From a virus (taxonomy: Duplodnaviria; Caudoviricetes): DNA of 55,195 nt. The stretch covers positions 1 through 55,195 of the IMG/VR virus record IMGVR_UViG_3300037124_000033. One strand, written 5' to 3'. Positions 42,462-52,484 of this stretch are shown here, in pieces (position 1 is the first letter of the stretch; every line of letters starts with the position of its first letter). Under the pieces are notes generated by a model. It was not told the origin of the DNA. It made no database searches and saw only the letters and a program-made list of their open reading frames with translations. The position numbers were made by a program, and so were the translations under genes.

Positions 42462-44600
42462 ATGGCTATATCAGTCACAGATACTTGGAGACGTGGAGTT
42501 CAGAGACGGAATCAGAGATTACGTTATCTGGCTATCATCGACGACGGGACGACACAGTGGAAGTCACTCAGCGGATCATGTGATCAGTTTTCATATCAGA
42601 CAGGTCTTGCCGAGGCGCCATCACCCGTAGCTGCAGAAGTTGATCCAATCACAAGGGAGGTAAGTATTGGTGAGTTGGTGGCTCAGTTTAGAGACAAATA
42701 TCTAAGACCGATAGTTGTTAATAACAGATTAAAAGGGCAACTTCTCACGGTCAAAATTGGTTCAGCAGATATACCTGAGAATGATTTTTGTTTCTATGCA
42801 TCTGGGGTAATTAATAAGATTGTTGGTGATGGTAGCGGTAATGTGATAAGTGTGTCATGCCTAGATGCGTTTTCAATTTTGAACGACGCAAAGATAACTG
42901 GATCGTGGGTTGACAAGCATTTGATAGAAGTATTGTACTATGGTGATGGAACAGGGATACTCGAGAAGGCTGGCGTTCCAACAGCTTTGATAAACACATC
43001 CACATTCGACCCTGGAAATTACACCTCGTCGATAAGCCATTGGAACACGTTCCGCATGTCGAGGCGAGAGAGTAACGCAAATCCATTATGGATAAGCGAA
43101 CCAACATCGGCATGGGAGTTAGTAGCAGAAGTATTGTTTTTATTGAGTGGAACGATCGTTATCGACGAGGAGGGCAAGCTATCTTTTACAAGATTCGATT
43201 CAACCGCAACTCCAGTTTGCACATGGAGAGAACGCGATATAAAAGAATTCGATCATCTTGAGGACAAGACACAGATTATCAACAGAGTGATAATAGAATT
43301 CTTTGGTGACTCTAGGAGAGATGGTAGAGTCGAGTGGGAACACAACGACACTGACAGCCAATCTGACCATGCATTCAAAGGAGGTAGCGATAGGATATAT
43401 GAAAAGAAGTATTCCACCCAATGGGTAAATGCTTGGGGGGTAGTTGGTGGTGCAGGGGGTATTTCGGATTCTGACACCTCAATGTCTTTAATGTCGCACT
43501 TCACGGCGTGTTTCACGGGGATGCGTGGGGCGCTAGCTGGACCACAACCAACAGATAATACAATATCAGTAACAAGACCAGCTTATGTGATGATCAGAGA
43601 CAGCGTTGGTAACTTTGAAGTTGTCAAAATTACATCAGCTACTACCTCTGGTGTTGGATCGTACAAATACTTCTATGACGAAAACAGCACAAAACAAGGT
43701 CCATATAGCAATGTGATGACCGTCAACACGATGGTTAGGGGGCAGTTTGGCACTACACCTGCTGCGTGGGGACAGTTTGCGCCAGCCATCGACATCACGC
43801 AACCAATAGCAGTAGCGGAGAATATCATCAAAAGATGGTCATATGGAGTCGATATCGTAGAGATATCGACGTCAATGGCTGAGTTCGATAAACAGCTAGC
43901 CGACTTAGTTTACTTGAACTATAAGTATTTTGTTGCATACGACGTTGATGGTTTAGATGGGACCCAAGCATTCGAGATTGTCAAGAAAGAGCCAAGGCCT
44001 GAGGAAAATAAAATTGTTTGGTGGTTAGCATATGCTGGAGAGATAACACCGACAAGTAGCTACAATCAACGTCAACCATCAGGATGGACAACGTTTGATC
44101 GAGTTATGTATTCTCTTATCAAAGGTCATGTAGTGTTGCCTACAGTCGCTAGTGGGCTTGAGTTTTCGATAGACTCTGGGTTTGATGGTGATATATCAGC
44201 TGGGAATCTGATTATATTTAATCACAGTACATATATTCCTGGGGAGAGTTTTACATTCACAGCAAGCAAAGATACTTATGTCACATACAACATGCTTGCT
44301 GGTGACTGGAATATGTATGAAGTAACAAACGATGCCGCGGTACCAACTAAGGCTGAGCTCGAGATCTGGATTGCCAAGGTTGTCACAGACGGATCTGGTA
44401 TCACCGGAAGTACCGATCTCAGAAATCAGAAGAAGCTGGCCGACAACATCGTCCAAGCCGGAAATGTAGACACAGGTGGGATAAGCGCCTCCACTCAGCT
44501 AGAAGCGAATATCGTGGCTCCTGCGCAAATGGCTAGGGAAGCATCCCCAGCCCGAAGATTAAATCCTAACCCCGCTTTTCGATTCCGTTCAAGGGGATAG
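42462..44600 (+). CDS. Tail tip/hub protein
   Basis: 712 aa; IVIDEEGKLSF, IINRVII hub-like motifs. Confidence 0.7.
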   Translation: MAISVTDTWRRGVQRRNQRLRYLAIIDDGTTQWKSLSGSCDQFSYQTGLAEAPSPVAAEVDPITREVSIGELVAQFRDKYLRPIVVNNRLKGQLLTVKIGSADIPENDFCFYASGVINKIVGDGSGNVISVSCLDAFSILNDAKITGSWVDKHLIEVLYYGDGTGILEKAGVPTALINTSTFDPGNYTSSISHWNTFRMSRRESNANPLWISEPTSAWELVAEVLFLLSGTIVIDEEGKLSFTRFDSTATPVCTWRERDIKEFDHLEDKTQIINRVIIEFFGDSRRDGRVEWEHNDTDSQSDHAFKGGSDRIYEKKYSTQWVNAWGVVGGAGGISDSDTSMSLMSHFTACFTGMRGALAGPQPTDNTISVTRPAYVMIRDSVGNFEVVKITSATTSGVGSYKYFYDENSTKQGPYSNVMTVNTMVRGQFGTTPAAWGQFAPAIDITQPIAVAENIIKRWSYGVDIVEISTSMAEFDKQLADLVYLNYKYFVAYDVDGLDGTQAFEIVKKEPRPEENKIVWWLAYAGEITPTSSYNQRQPSGWTTFDRVMYSLIKGHVVLPTVASGLEFSIDSGFDGDISAGNLIIFNHSTYIPGESFTFTASKDTYVTYNMLAGDWNMYEVTNDAAVPTKAELEIWIAKVVTDGSGITGSTDLRNQKKLADNIVQAGNVDTGGISASTQLEANIVAPAQMAREASPARRLNPNPAFRFRSRG

Positions 44601-44643
44601 TGTGCTATGCTACACCTAGACAAACAAACTGAGGTGAAATGCT

Positions 44644-45795
44644 ATGGCGCGACTATTCTTCGTATTGGTATTTTGTAGTAGTTGTGGTGACGAGATGAGT
44701 ACGTATCCACCAGACGGATGGGAAGCAGCTGGAACTGATGTTACTTGGGCATCCGATTTTGATATACAAAATGGTATCGGTACTATTACAGCGATTGGTA
44801 ATAACGGCAGCTTTATCGATGTCACCACATCGGAGGACCATGGTCTTGAGATCGGTCAGTGGGTGAGGATATCTGGTACCACAGATTACAACGGTGAGTA
44901 TACCATAGCAAACGTAGGGGCATCCGATGAGTTTTCAGTGACTCACCCCACATATACTAGTAGCCAAACTGGAACATATCACGCTAATACTATCGGTCCT
45001 GATTGCATTAAATTCGAGAATACCACTCCTACCGGTAACCCATATATATACGTTTCCCCTCCTGTCTCTGTGAAAGAAGGTAACTTATTTGATGTCGAAG
45101 CTACTTTACAAGCAACTAGTATCGCTGGCGGTAATACCGTATCGGTAGGTGTGGCTTGGTACGATGGTGATGGTGATTGGTTATCAACTACATATATACA
45201 TAATGCGGTTTTACCGTCTGCGGGGGCGTGGCATCGTATTGCTGGTGTTGTAACGGTTCCTGAAAATGCTAGAGGTGCAGTTCTACTTATTGCAAAAGCA
45301 AATACATCATTCTTTGTATTTGTCGATGATGCCGACGGCGAAGAAATGCCAATCGCATTTTTTGCCTATAGAAATGCTTCTGGTCAAAATGTCTTAAACG
45401 CTACTCAAACGTTGATCCAATTTGAAGCAGAATTATACGATTATGGTGATGACTACGATGAGTCAAGTTCATACTTCTTTACTGCTCCAGTTGCTGGAGT
45501 GTATTTATTTTCAGCTATGGTAAAGCTGTATAGATCTTCTGGTGGATTTGTTGGCGGGGGGTCTCAAGGAGCATTGTATATATACAAAAACACTGCTACG
45601 TATACCATGCTTGATGAGAGGTATCTGCGTACGGGTGACGACTGGCAAATGTTTCAAGGAACCTGCCAAATACCGTTAGTCGCTGGTGATCAAGTTGGTG
45701 TTACAATATATCATAATGACACCGTTACTCTGCAGATACAAGGTGTTACATCTTCTCTGCACAGGACGACTTTTCAAGGACTTCGCATTCATTGA
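44644..45795 (+). CDS. Receptor-binding/tail protein with CBM-like region and C-terminal C1q-like domain (start may be 44695)
   Basis: FFAYR..LIQFEAELYDYG..FTAPVAGVYLFSA..LVAGDQV..TFQG. Confidence 0.75.
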   Translation: MARLFFVLVFCSSCGDEMSTYPPDGWEAAGTDVTWASDFDIQNGIGTITAIGNNGSFIDVTTSEDHGLEIGQWVRISGTTDYNGEYTIANVGASDEFSVTHPTYTSSQTGTYHANTIGPDCIKFENTTPTGNPYIYVSPPVSVKEGNLFDVEATLQATSIAGGNTVSVGVAWYDGDGDWLSTTYIHNAVLPSAGAWHRIAGVVTVPENARGAVLLIAKANTSFFVFVDDADGEEMPIAFFAYRNASGQNVLNATQTLIQFEAELYDYGDDYDESSSYFFTAPVAGVYLFSAMVKLYRSSGGFVGGGSQGALYIYKNTATYTMLDERYLRTGDDWQMFQGTCQIPLVAGDQVGVTIYHNDTVTLQIQGVTSSLHRTTFQGLRIH

Positions 45796-45803
45796 GGGAA
45801 ATC

Positions 45804-46214
45804 ATGACAGTGACCAAAAGAACGCATTCAGGAATCAGCACCAACTTCGACGCCCTTGAGGCAGCGAGGACCATCGAGCTCACCGAGTCTGACGGGATGG
45901 ATAAAGCAACATCGGTTGGATTCTACTATGGTATCACTCTTGGAAGTGGGAATCCTGCTACCATCACAGTGATTATCTACAAGTCGGCAGATGGCGGTAC
46001 CACATATGGTAGAGTGCCTGCCCACACGTACTCAGGCGGCGGGGCGTACGCGCAAAGCGAGTATTCAATCACCGAAGACATTACTGGTGATGATGATCTT
46101 TGGATAGATGTCGATATGAGAAACGCTAACGCGGTGAAAGTCGTCATCTCATCTGATACAAATGATGCAGATGACACTGTTGTCGGCAAGGCTTGCTCTG
46201 ACTACAATAAGTGA
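45804..46214 (+). CDS. Beta-rich virion protein
   Basis: GAGG RBS; SADGGTTY Asp-box-like motif. Confidence 0.6.
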   Translation: MTVTKRTHSGISTNFDALEAARTIELTESDGMDKATSVGFYYGITLGSGNPATITVIIYKSADGGTTYGRVPAHTYSGGGAYAQSEYSITEDITGDDDLWIDVDMRNANAVKVVISSDTNDADDTVVGKACSDYNK

Positions 46215-46224
46215 GGGATAAATC

Positions 46225-47280
46225 ATGGTCAATCTAGCCTTATTGCTTGCTATCACTTTGCCTTCACAACCAAATCCGCCTGGTGGCGGGTACGGCATTT
46301 TTACTCCATCCGGCCCACATAATCTAGCTGGAGAATGTCTGTATTTCCACCAGGAGAGTGACTCGGATACATACCTGTGTCGCACTGGCGCCGACGAAGT
46401 CACATTGACAATCGGTGGGGCTGCGGAGATCGTCTGCGACGCTAGCTATTGCACTTTCTCATCCGGCCCCATGATCGGCAGTTCTATCCCATTTGCTGAT
46501 GCAGCTGGTACTTTGACACTGCAAAACGTTGACGCTCTAGATGCCACCACACTCGCTACTGTCATCGCAGCTATTAGCAGCAATGGTTCCGAGTACGATG
46601 ATGACGTGGCAGTGTGCTGGGGCGACGACGATGATTTTTGTATCGAGCACGATACGGATGGTTCACCAGATGGCCTGCGGCTCACTCAGGCGGACTGTGA
46701 TGGATCGCCGTGCGATCCGTTGAAGTTCTATAAGGACGGTGGGAATCCGTACGTATCTTTCGCTGGTACAGCAGCATTACTTATCCCATCCGGCACAGTA
46801 TCGATACCAGCAATTGTATTTGCAGCTGATAACGACGGTACAGGTACAGGTATCTATAGGTCTGGTGCGGACAATGTTGGAATAGTTGCAAATAATTCTC
46901 TCCGGTTTAATGTGGCGTACTCTATAGTCAAGTCATACACCCGGACTATCATTGATGGGCAAATAGTAATATCAGCAGATAAAGATACTATTAATGATAC
47001 AGGGAATGGTGATCCAGGGGCACACACCTTGACCCCAACTAAATCGTATGTCGAATTGACATGTAATGATGGGGATGGGTGCAACATAACAATTGGTGAG
47101 TCTGGTGTATATGAGGGGGAGATGGTAAGTATTACGAATGTCGGAACAAATGTATGTAATTTCTCTGACTCACCAGGGGTTAGCGAGTTGTCCGGAGCAT
47201 TTGCAATGGGGCAATACGATGTATTAATGTTAGTTTATGATGGTACAACGTGGATTGAGGCTTCCAGGAGTGATAACTAA
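46225..47280 (+). CDS. Tail fibre-like protein
   Basis: GTVSIPAIVF..DGTGTGIYRSGADNVGIV; C-terminal LVYDGTTWIE. Confidence 0.7.
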   Translation: MVNLALLLAITLPSQPNPPGGGYGIFTPSGPHNLAGECLYFHQESDSDTYLCRTGADEVTLTIGGAAEIVCDASYCTFSSGPMIGSSIPFADAAGTLTLQNVDALDATTLATVIAAISSNGSEYDDDVAVCWGDDDDFCIEHDTDGSPDGLRLTQADCDGSPCDPLKFYKDGGNPYVSFAGTAALLIPSGTVSIPAIVFAADNDGTGTGIYRSGADNVGIVANNSLRFNVAYSIVKSYTRTIIDGQIVISADKDTINDTGNGDPGAHTLTPTKSYVELTCNDGDGCNITIGESGVYEGEMVSITNVGTNVCNFSDSPGVSELSGAFAMGQYDVLMLVYDGTTWIEASRSDN

Positions 47281-48296
47281 TGTGTTTTCTAATACTTATC
47301 GCACTGTCTTCCCCAGAAGTCTGGTCTGATTTTCAACAAAATGATTACACCCTAGTTTATGATAAAGCTGTATTTTCTGGCATTACCGATCACGTTTCTA
47401 GATTGTGTTATAACGATAACACAATCTTCGGATATAATACTAACAAACCGTCGTGGTGTTTTCAGATCGAAAGCGAATACTATGACAGCAATAGTGAATT
47501 GACATCGAGTGAGATGATATTCTCGTGGGATGACAACGATTCAACTTATGTCAGGCCATTACAGCTTAACTGCATGTGGGAGACTGATCTATGCTCGCTT
47601 CGTACAGAGGGGCAATTAGAACTGCGCAGGACAGATGGATTAGAAGGATGGCGCATGGACGAGGATTTACGTCTTCGTGCTGTAAATGGTTTTCTATCCA
47701 ATTGGGTCAATAATGATGCGTGGATCTTTCAAAAAGACGCTTATGGAGTAGAACGCTCGTTGATTAGACGACGAAATAGAAATGTGGTTATTGGTGAAAA
47801 TGGCGATCAAGCCAGTATTCTCGGAAGATTGGCTGTTGGTTTTTTCCAAGATGCCAGTGCCATGCTCCATGTACAAATGTCAGAAACTGTCGATGCTATG
47901 TATATTCCATTTAGGCTGCAACCAACAATCACAACGGGTTATGATGTCTATGGTTGGTGGCAGTATCTTACAGTCAACACCGTGGATGATTCTTACATAT
48001 CCAGTCTCAAAAGCATATGGGTAGATCCACCGACCGTGAATCTTGGGGACAATTCGACAGTTGGTCACACAACAACTCTGTATGTTGGAGGCGCATCAGA
48101 TATTGGCACCATAGACAACTATGCTTTGCATGTTGGGGGAGCTACTTCGCTATCAAAAATAGACGGTGCCTTGGTTGTGGGGATTCTACGCTTACTCAGC
48201 AAACAAGAATGCATTTACTTCAACGAAGATTATTGTTTTGTCGTAGAGGATGGTTCTGGTATTCAGTATGAAATACCTGCTTACGAATTACCCTAA
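47280..48296 (+). CDS. Tail fibre-like/beta-rich protein
   Basis: TAATG coupling; GRLAVG..ASAMLHV, NYALHVGG. Confidence 0.6.
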   Translation: MCFLILIALSSPEVWSDFQQNDYTLVYDKAVFSGITDHVSRLCYNDNTIFGYNTNKPSWCFQIESEYYDSNSELTSSEMIFSWDDNDSTYVRPLQLNCMWETDLCSLRTEGQLELRRTDGLEGWRMDEDLRLRAVNGFLSNWVNNDAWIFQKDAYGVERSLIRRRNRNVVIGENGDQASILGRLAVGFFQDASAMLHVQMSETVDAMYIPFRLQPTITTGYDVYGWWQYLTVNTVDDSYISSLKSIWVDPPTVNLGDNSTVGHTTTLYVGGASDIGTIDNYALHVGGATSLSKIDGALVVGILRLLSKQECIYFNEDYCFVVEDGSGIQYEIPAYELP

Positions 48297-48305
48297 GGAG
48301 CAGCA

Positions 48306-48575
48306 ATGGCAGCACAATCAAGGGGTGTCAAATGGTGGGGGGCTGTTATTGGGATTGTAGTTGGTCTCCTCACCATTGCGGTACTCAGCCTGACGTTGTG
48401 TAGCCAGATGAATCTTGCGTCTCCGGTTAGCGCGGCAACAAAGGATGAGCTGACCGAGGTTGAAAAGAAATTAGACGAGACAGACGATCGAGTTGACACA
48501 CTTGAGATGACGCTTTCAAGAATAGACGGAAAGCTTGATACAGTTCTTCGGCTATTGCAGGACAAAACTAAATGA
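48306..48575 (+). CDS. One-TM coiled-coil lysis-associated protein (holin/XhlA-like)
   Basis: N-terminal TM then LSRIDGKLD; precedes the endolysin. Confidence 0.6.
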   Translation: MAAQSRGVKWWGAVIGIVVGLLTIAVLSLTLCSQMNLASPVSAATKDELTEVEKKLDETDDRVDTLEMTLSRIDGKLDTVLRLLQDKTK

Positions 48576-49180
48576 GATTGATCCATGATCCAGGACATGG
48601 CGGGCACAACCGAGGGCTTCAATACGCTGGATTCGTCGAACGGAGTTGGGTGATTGATTTCGGCCACCTACTCATGGACAGACTCTCCAGCCTGTGCGAA
48701 TACCAGTGCATGGCTAGGACATCTGACGATTACATTCGCTACACTGTACGAGCTCGTAGAGCTGTTGAGTGGAAGGCCGATCTAGCTTTTCTGCATCATG
48801 TCAACGGATTGTTCTACGGGCAAGACCACCACAGGGCTGGGCAAGGCAATCCTCACGGCAGCGGGACGATCTGTTTTGTCGTGCCTGAGGATGAGCTCTC
48901 CCATTGCGTAGCTGAAGCTTTGATCAAAGGTCTGCCGAAAGAACTGTGGAGACAGAAAGACTATCTGATTACAGCTAGTCCGAATGACTGGACGAAGAAT
49001 GCCTACGGGCATCTTAGCCACTACACTAGCAGAGGGATTCCAGCGGTTCTGATCGAGTGGGGATTCGCTACAAACGATGCTGATCGTAGAGCATTGCAAA
49101 ACGACAAGGTTCGTGATGGAATGGCTAAGGCTGCGGCCGAGGCTGTTTTGAGGTTTAAGGAGTTGACATGCAAAAGCTAA
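48572..49180 (+). CDS. Endolysin, N-acetylmuramoyl-L-alanine amidase (Amidase_3)
   Basis: DPGHGG, E, HHVN, PAVLIEWGFATNDAD. Confidence 0.9.
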   Translation: MRLIHDPGHGGHNRGLQYAGFVERSWVIDFGHLLMDRLSSLCEYQCMARTSDDYIRYTVRARRAVEWKADLAFLHHVNGLFYGQDHHRAGQGNPHGSGTICFVVPEDELSHCVAEALIKGLPKELWRQKDYLITASPNDWTKNAYGHLSHYTSRGIPAVLIEWGFATNDADRRALQNDKVRDGMAKAAAEAVLRFKELTCKS

Positions 49181-49425
49181 TGACTTTTTTGGCATCCATA
49201 CTAGACACGGTAGCCGTCCCTGGCCGGCGCAAGTTGGCCATCCTCGCCCCGGCCATGGCCGTCGCTGAGGCCGCGTGTGTTGTGGCGCTGTTCAGCGGGC
49301 ACATGACTGCTGAGCAATTCCATGCCTGCACGCTGGATATCTTGCAATGGGGTGGGGGTATCTTTGTAGTCGGGAACATCATCGAGCACGGCACCAAGGC
49401 CGCTACGCCTGCGGACAAGCCGTGA
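49168..49425 (+). CDS. Putative holin
   Basis: GRRK followed by two hydrophobic segments, IFVVGNIIEH. Confidence 0.7.
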   Translation: MQKLMTFLASILDTVAVPGRRKLAILAPAMAVAEAACVVALFSGHMTAEQFHACTLDILQWGGGIFVVGNIIEHGTKAATPADKP

Positions 49426-49715
49426 TCAAGGCACTCAAATGGATAGCGGGCCTGCTCGGGCTCCTGCTCGGCGGCGCTGGCACTGCGCTTTGGCTGAGGC
49501 GCAAGCCTGCAGCTTCAGCAGCGGACGCGAAAAGGGCAGCCGCCGACGCCTCCAGGAGAGCCGAAAAGGCCAGGCACGACGCCCAGGACCTGGCGAGCTT
49601 AGAGACGCGCCAGGACCGCACAGAGACGAAGGAGCAGCAAGATGCTGACGATGTTGACCTTGGCGGCATGCTTGATCGCCTCGACGCCGGTGCCAGAGCT
49701 CGCCCCAAGAGATGA
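49422..49715 (+). CDS. Putative i-spanin-like protein
   Basis: N-terminal TM plus charged Ala-rich helix; GTGA coupling. Confidence 0.55.
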   Translation: MIKALKWIAGLLGLLLGGAGTALWLRRKPAASAADAKRAAADASRRAEKARHDAQDLASLETRQDRTETKEQQDADDVDLGGMLDRLDAGARARPKR

Positions 49716-50112
49716 TGTTTGGGAGGCGCCCTCCCTGCCGGAATGGCCAGAGGGATTGTCGGGATGGCGCCGTACACCGGGACAGGCCAAATGCTTCGCC
49801 GGCGAGCTCGAGCTGGGCAGAGGCATCTGGCTGTCTCATCCCTACAATGTCGCGCTGACAGAGAGACTCAAAGCCTGCGAGGGTCTACCGGGTCTGATGC
49901 AACGGCAGCTCGAGCGCATCCAAAGGGAGGTCATGCCTGACTTTGTCAACGCAGCAGTGAAAGAAGCCCTGGCCTGGGACAGGGCGCAAAGAATCGCCGA
50001 GCAGGAGAGCGCGGGTTTTCTGTCAGGTCTTGCGCTGACAGTCGCGATCGTGGTTGGTGTGCTGGGGTTCGCAGCTGGGACGCTGATCGGTGGGTACGTG
50101 CTCGCCCATTGA
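49651..50112 (+). CDS. Putative spanin-like envelope protein
   Basis: Signal-like LTLAAC, Pro-rich segment, C-terminal TM; overlaps the previous gene. Confidence 0.5.
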   Translation: MLTLAACLIASTPVPELAPRDDVWEAPSLPEWPEGLSGWRRTPGQAKCFAGELELGRGIWLSHPYNVALTERLKACEGLPGLMQRQLERIQREVMPDFVNAAVKEALAWDRAQRIAEQESAGFLSGLALTVAIVVGVLGFAAGTLIGGYVLAH

Positions 50113-50276
50113 GTCACGTTCCTCTAAGTAGACACACTTCTTCTCACTTATCCACGGGCAATACCCGCGAAATCTGCGCATCCTCTGCGCGATGCCTATA
50201 CCAGCCATCACGCCGACAACAAATACCGCGGCGTACGAATAGCATATCCAGACCCAAGTGCAGAGTTCGTCACCTG

Positions 50277-50591
50277 TCATTTTTCTCCCAATTCCTCTTT
50301 GAGACGCTCAAACTGCTGTCGTTTCTCTTCGATCTGTTGGTTGTGCTCAGCCAATCGTTGCGCGGTAGTAAATTCATCTACCGTTTCCATGACGTCTTTA
50401 CTGAGAATCAAGATCTTGGCCTCAGTCAACCGACACTCATCTTCATTGATTCCGTAATCCTCAAGCAGTTGGACTACTTCGCGATCACGGTCCTCTACCG
50501 TCCCGCCATGTAATTCGACGAGCTTTTCTCCGCACCCAATTGTGTAATCACATCCTCCGCCGCTTTGTTTCATCCAAAAGTAGTGCTTCAT
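50277..50591 (-). CDS. Hypothetical protein
   Basis: AAGGAG RBS; GGGCDYTIGCG. Confidence 0.7.
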   Translation of the reverse strand: MKHYFWMKQSGGGCDYTIGCGEKLVELHGGTVEDRDREVVQLLEDYGINEDECRLTEAKILILSKDVMETVDEFTTAQRLAEHNQQIEEKRQQFERLKEELGEK

Positions 50592-50607
50592 GGTTGTCTC
50601 CTTGTTG

Positions 50608-51060
50608 TTATGACCTACCGGCCTTTTCTTGCTTGTGGATCTCGATAGCCCTCTCACGTGTCACAGGCCTTTCGGCTATGCATCGATCTCTGGCTTTCTT
50701 CCATCGGTCATACTCGTTAGCATCAACAAAGATGATGTTGAGATTTCCGAAGTGCAATGATCCACAATCACTGCCATCTCTATCGTCTGCAAAATCCCAA
50801 ATCATTGACACAAAAAAATCATCATCGAAGTCTGCAATAACGACTAGATCAACATCGCTGTCTTTCTTCGGTGTGCCATACGCACGACTACCAGTAACAA
50901 ATGGTAGTCGATACTTGGCCTCCTCTAGCTCTTTTTCTAACTCTGCGATCCTGTGTCTCGCCCTTGCAATGGGGGTATCTGGCTCACAACCAGGGCATTT
51001 TTCGTCGTGACAAGTGGGCAAGTGAGCAGAGAACGTTGGCCTATGAAGTAATGCCGACAT
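50608..51060 (-). CDS. Minimal nucleotidyltransferase-fold protein
   Basis: FVTGSRAYGTPKKDSDVDLVV (GS..DxD). Confidence 0.75.
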   Translation of the reverse strand: MSALLHRPTFSAHLPTCHDEKCPGCEPDTPIARARHRIAELEKELEEAKYRLPFVTGSRAYGTPKKDSDVDLVVIADFDDDFFVSMIWDFADDRDGSDCGSLHFGNLNIIFVDANEYDRWKKARDRCIAERPVTRERAIEIHKQEKAGRS

Positions 51061-51070
51061 TGATCACCTC

Positions 51071-51196
51071 TCAACCAGAACACATTCCGAGAACGAGCAG
51101 GAAGATTAATATGCAGGCGATAAGCAGTACTGCGAACGCAACGTCGACGTTCACCTCATTGCGGATAAAATACTCAATCCGACTCCTCAATGTCAT
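51071..51196 (-). CDS. Small membrane protein
   Basis: Single hydrophobic helix. Confidence 0.45.
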   Translation of the reverse strand: MTLRSRIEYFIRNEVNVDVAFAVLLIACILIFLLVLGMCSG

Positions 51197-51197
51197 C

Positions 51198-51440
51198 TCA
51201 AACCCCTTTCCGCCAAGTGTGCACATTGCACTTCTGATTGCGTTCGCACGCACCAGGCGGCTCACACGCGACAGAACATGAAAGCAATTCTACCACGCAG
51301 TCGTAGGCGTTTTCAACCGCATCTACATCGTCTACGCCTTCTCGCCGGCAGAGATCACCGATTTGCCCGTCACGACACGCGTCACGGGCGATTTCGATGA
51401 GGCATTTTATCGCCAGCTGTCTGGCTAGATATATGTCCAT
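51198..51440 (-). CDS. Hypothetical protein
   Basis: AAGGAG RBS. Confidence 0.55.
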   Translation of the reverse strand: MDIYLARQLAIKCLIEIARDACRDGQIGDLCRREGVDDVDAVENAYDCVVELLSCSVACEPPGACERNQKCNVHTWRKGV

Positions 51441-51750
51441 GCATCTCTCCTTCTGTATTTTTTGTAGTACCATCCTTCTTGAATCGTTCCTCGAGTTTTT
51501 TCATCCTCCGCCGTACGGCATCCATCTCGCGCCTCAATGGAGTCATGCTCTCGATCTTTTGCTCGGCGTTGCTGAGGCGGTGTCGCGTTTGGCATAGCAG
51601 AGTTTCGATCTTGTCAAGCCTCCCCGTAATTACGTCAGTCGACCCACGTGCTGGAGCACGTAGATGATCTCCGCACGACAGACACACGTAGAGATCATTC
51701 GATATGACCATGTCGTTGCCGCATTTAAGGCACGATATTACACCGCTCAT
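51382..51750 (-). CDS. Zinc ribbon plus coiled-coil protein
   Basis: CLKCG..YVCLSCG. Confidence 0.6.
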   Translation of the reverse strand: MSGVISCLKCGNDMVISNDLYVCLSCGDHLRAPARGSTDVITGRLDKIETLLCQTRHRLSNAEQKIESMTPLRREMDAVRRRMKKLEERFKKDGTTKNTEGEMHGHISSQTAGDKMPHRNRP

Positions 51751-51938
51751 AGTTCAGCAACCTTTTTGCCTTGTAGCCTCATTGCTATTACCGCAGCCAC
51801 GTGCAGGATGTCACGAGGGTTTAGCGTGACATTCCGCTTGCCATTTTCGGTCAGCCCGTACTGCAGAGTGTTGTCGGTTGTCAGGGCGTCGATGACGAGC
51901 TGTTTGACTTCTTGTGGCGTTAATTCGTCCTGCGGCAT
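51747..51938 (-). CDS. Hypothetical protein
   Basis: RBS from repeat B. Confidence 0.65.
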   Translation of the reverse strand: MPQDELTPQEVKQLVIDALTTDNTLQYGLTENGKRNVTLNPRDILHVAAVIAMRLQGKKVAEL

Positions 51939-51944
51939 CGTCGT

Positions 51945-52016
51945 CTCCTTTTGGCAGTAACGCTGCCTAGCCCTCCGGCCCCGCAGGGCTGGAGGGCGCG
52001 GCAGGCTGGCTACTGC
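51945..52016 (-). repeat. Palindromic intergenic repeat, copy B
   Basis: GCAGTAGCCAGCCTGCCGCGCCCTCC..CCGGAGGGCTAGGCAGCGTTACTGCC..AGGAG. Confidence 0.85.
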
Positions 52017-52219
52017 TAGTCGACTCCTGACCCGCTGTTTAACTCATCGAGATGATCGGCTATTTGCCGTAACTCGCTTGCAGAAAGGCTTTTAGAATTG
52101 CCCTGGTAATACCACCCATCTAGGCGGTGGACTACCTGGCCTATGTCTTCTTTGCTAATTACTTCTTTTTCAACGTCGAAAATTTGCGTATTGGTGGTTA
52201 CTGTAAAAGTGATTTTCAT
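52016..52219 (-). CDS. Hypothetical protein
   Basis: Bounded by repeats C and B; ELRQIADHLDELN. Confidence 0.7.
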   Translation of the reverse strand: MKITFTVTTNTQIFDVEKEVISKEDIGQVVHRLDGWYYQGNSKSLSASELRQIADHLDELNSGSGVD

Positions 52220-52227
52220 TACCGTCT

Positions 52228-52293
52228 CTCCTCTCAGCGGTAGCGCTGCCTAGCCCTCCGGCCGGAGCGGGAGGGCGTGGCAGGCTCTACTGC
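52228..52293 (-). repeat. Palindromic intergenic repeat, copy C
   Basis: GCAGTAGAGCCTGCCACGCCCTCC..CCGGAGGGCTAGGCAGCGCTACCGCT..AGGAG. Confidence 0.85.
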
Positions 52294-52484
52294 CCAGTGT
52301 ACTGTCGGAGCAGTCTGGTGTATTCGATCCGAGCCGTTTTGTTGTTAAGCATTGGATTCGTAAACTGCTCACCGTTCACGTACACGTAGCGCCTTCCAGC
52401 TTTTTCCACCAGCTCAACCGTGAACCCTTTTCCGCTTCCTGCCGCTATAGTCTCCATCGTCTTTGTCTCCTGTGTTTGCGTCAT
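52287..52484 (-). CDS. Hypothetical protein
   Basis: Same MTQTQET leader as 15738..16052. Confidence 0.7.
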   Translation of the reverse strand: MTQTQETKTMETIAAGSGKGFTVELVEKAGRRYVYVNGEQFTNPMLNNKTARIEYTRLLRQYTGQ

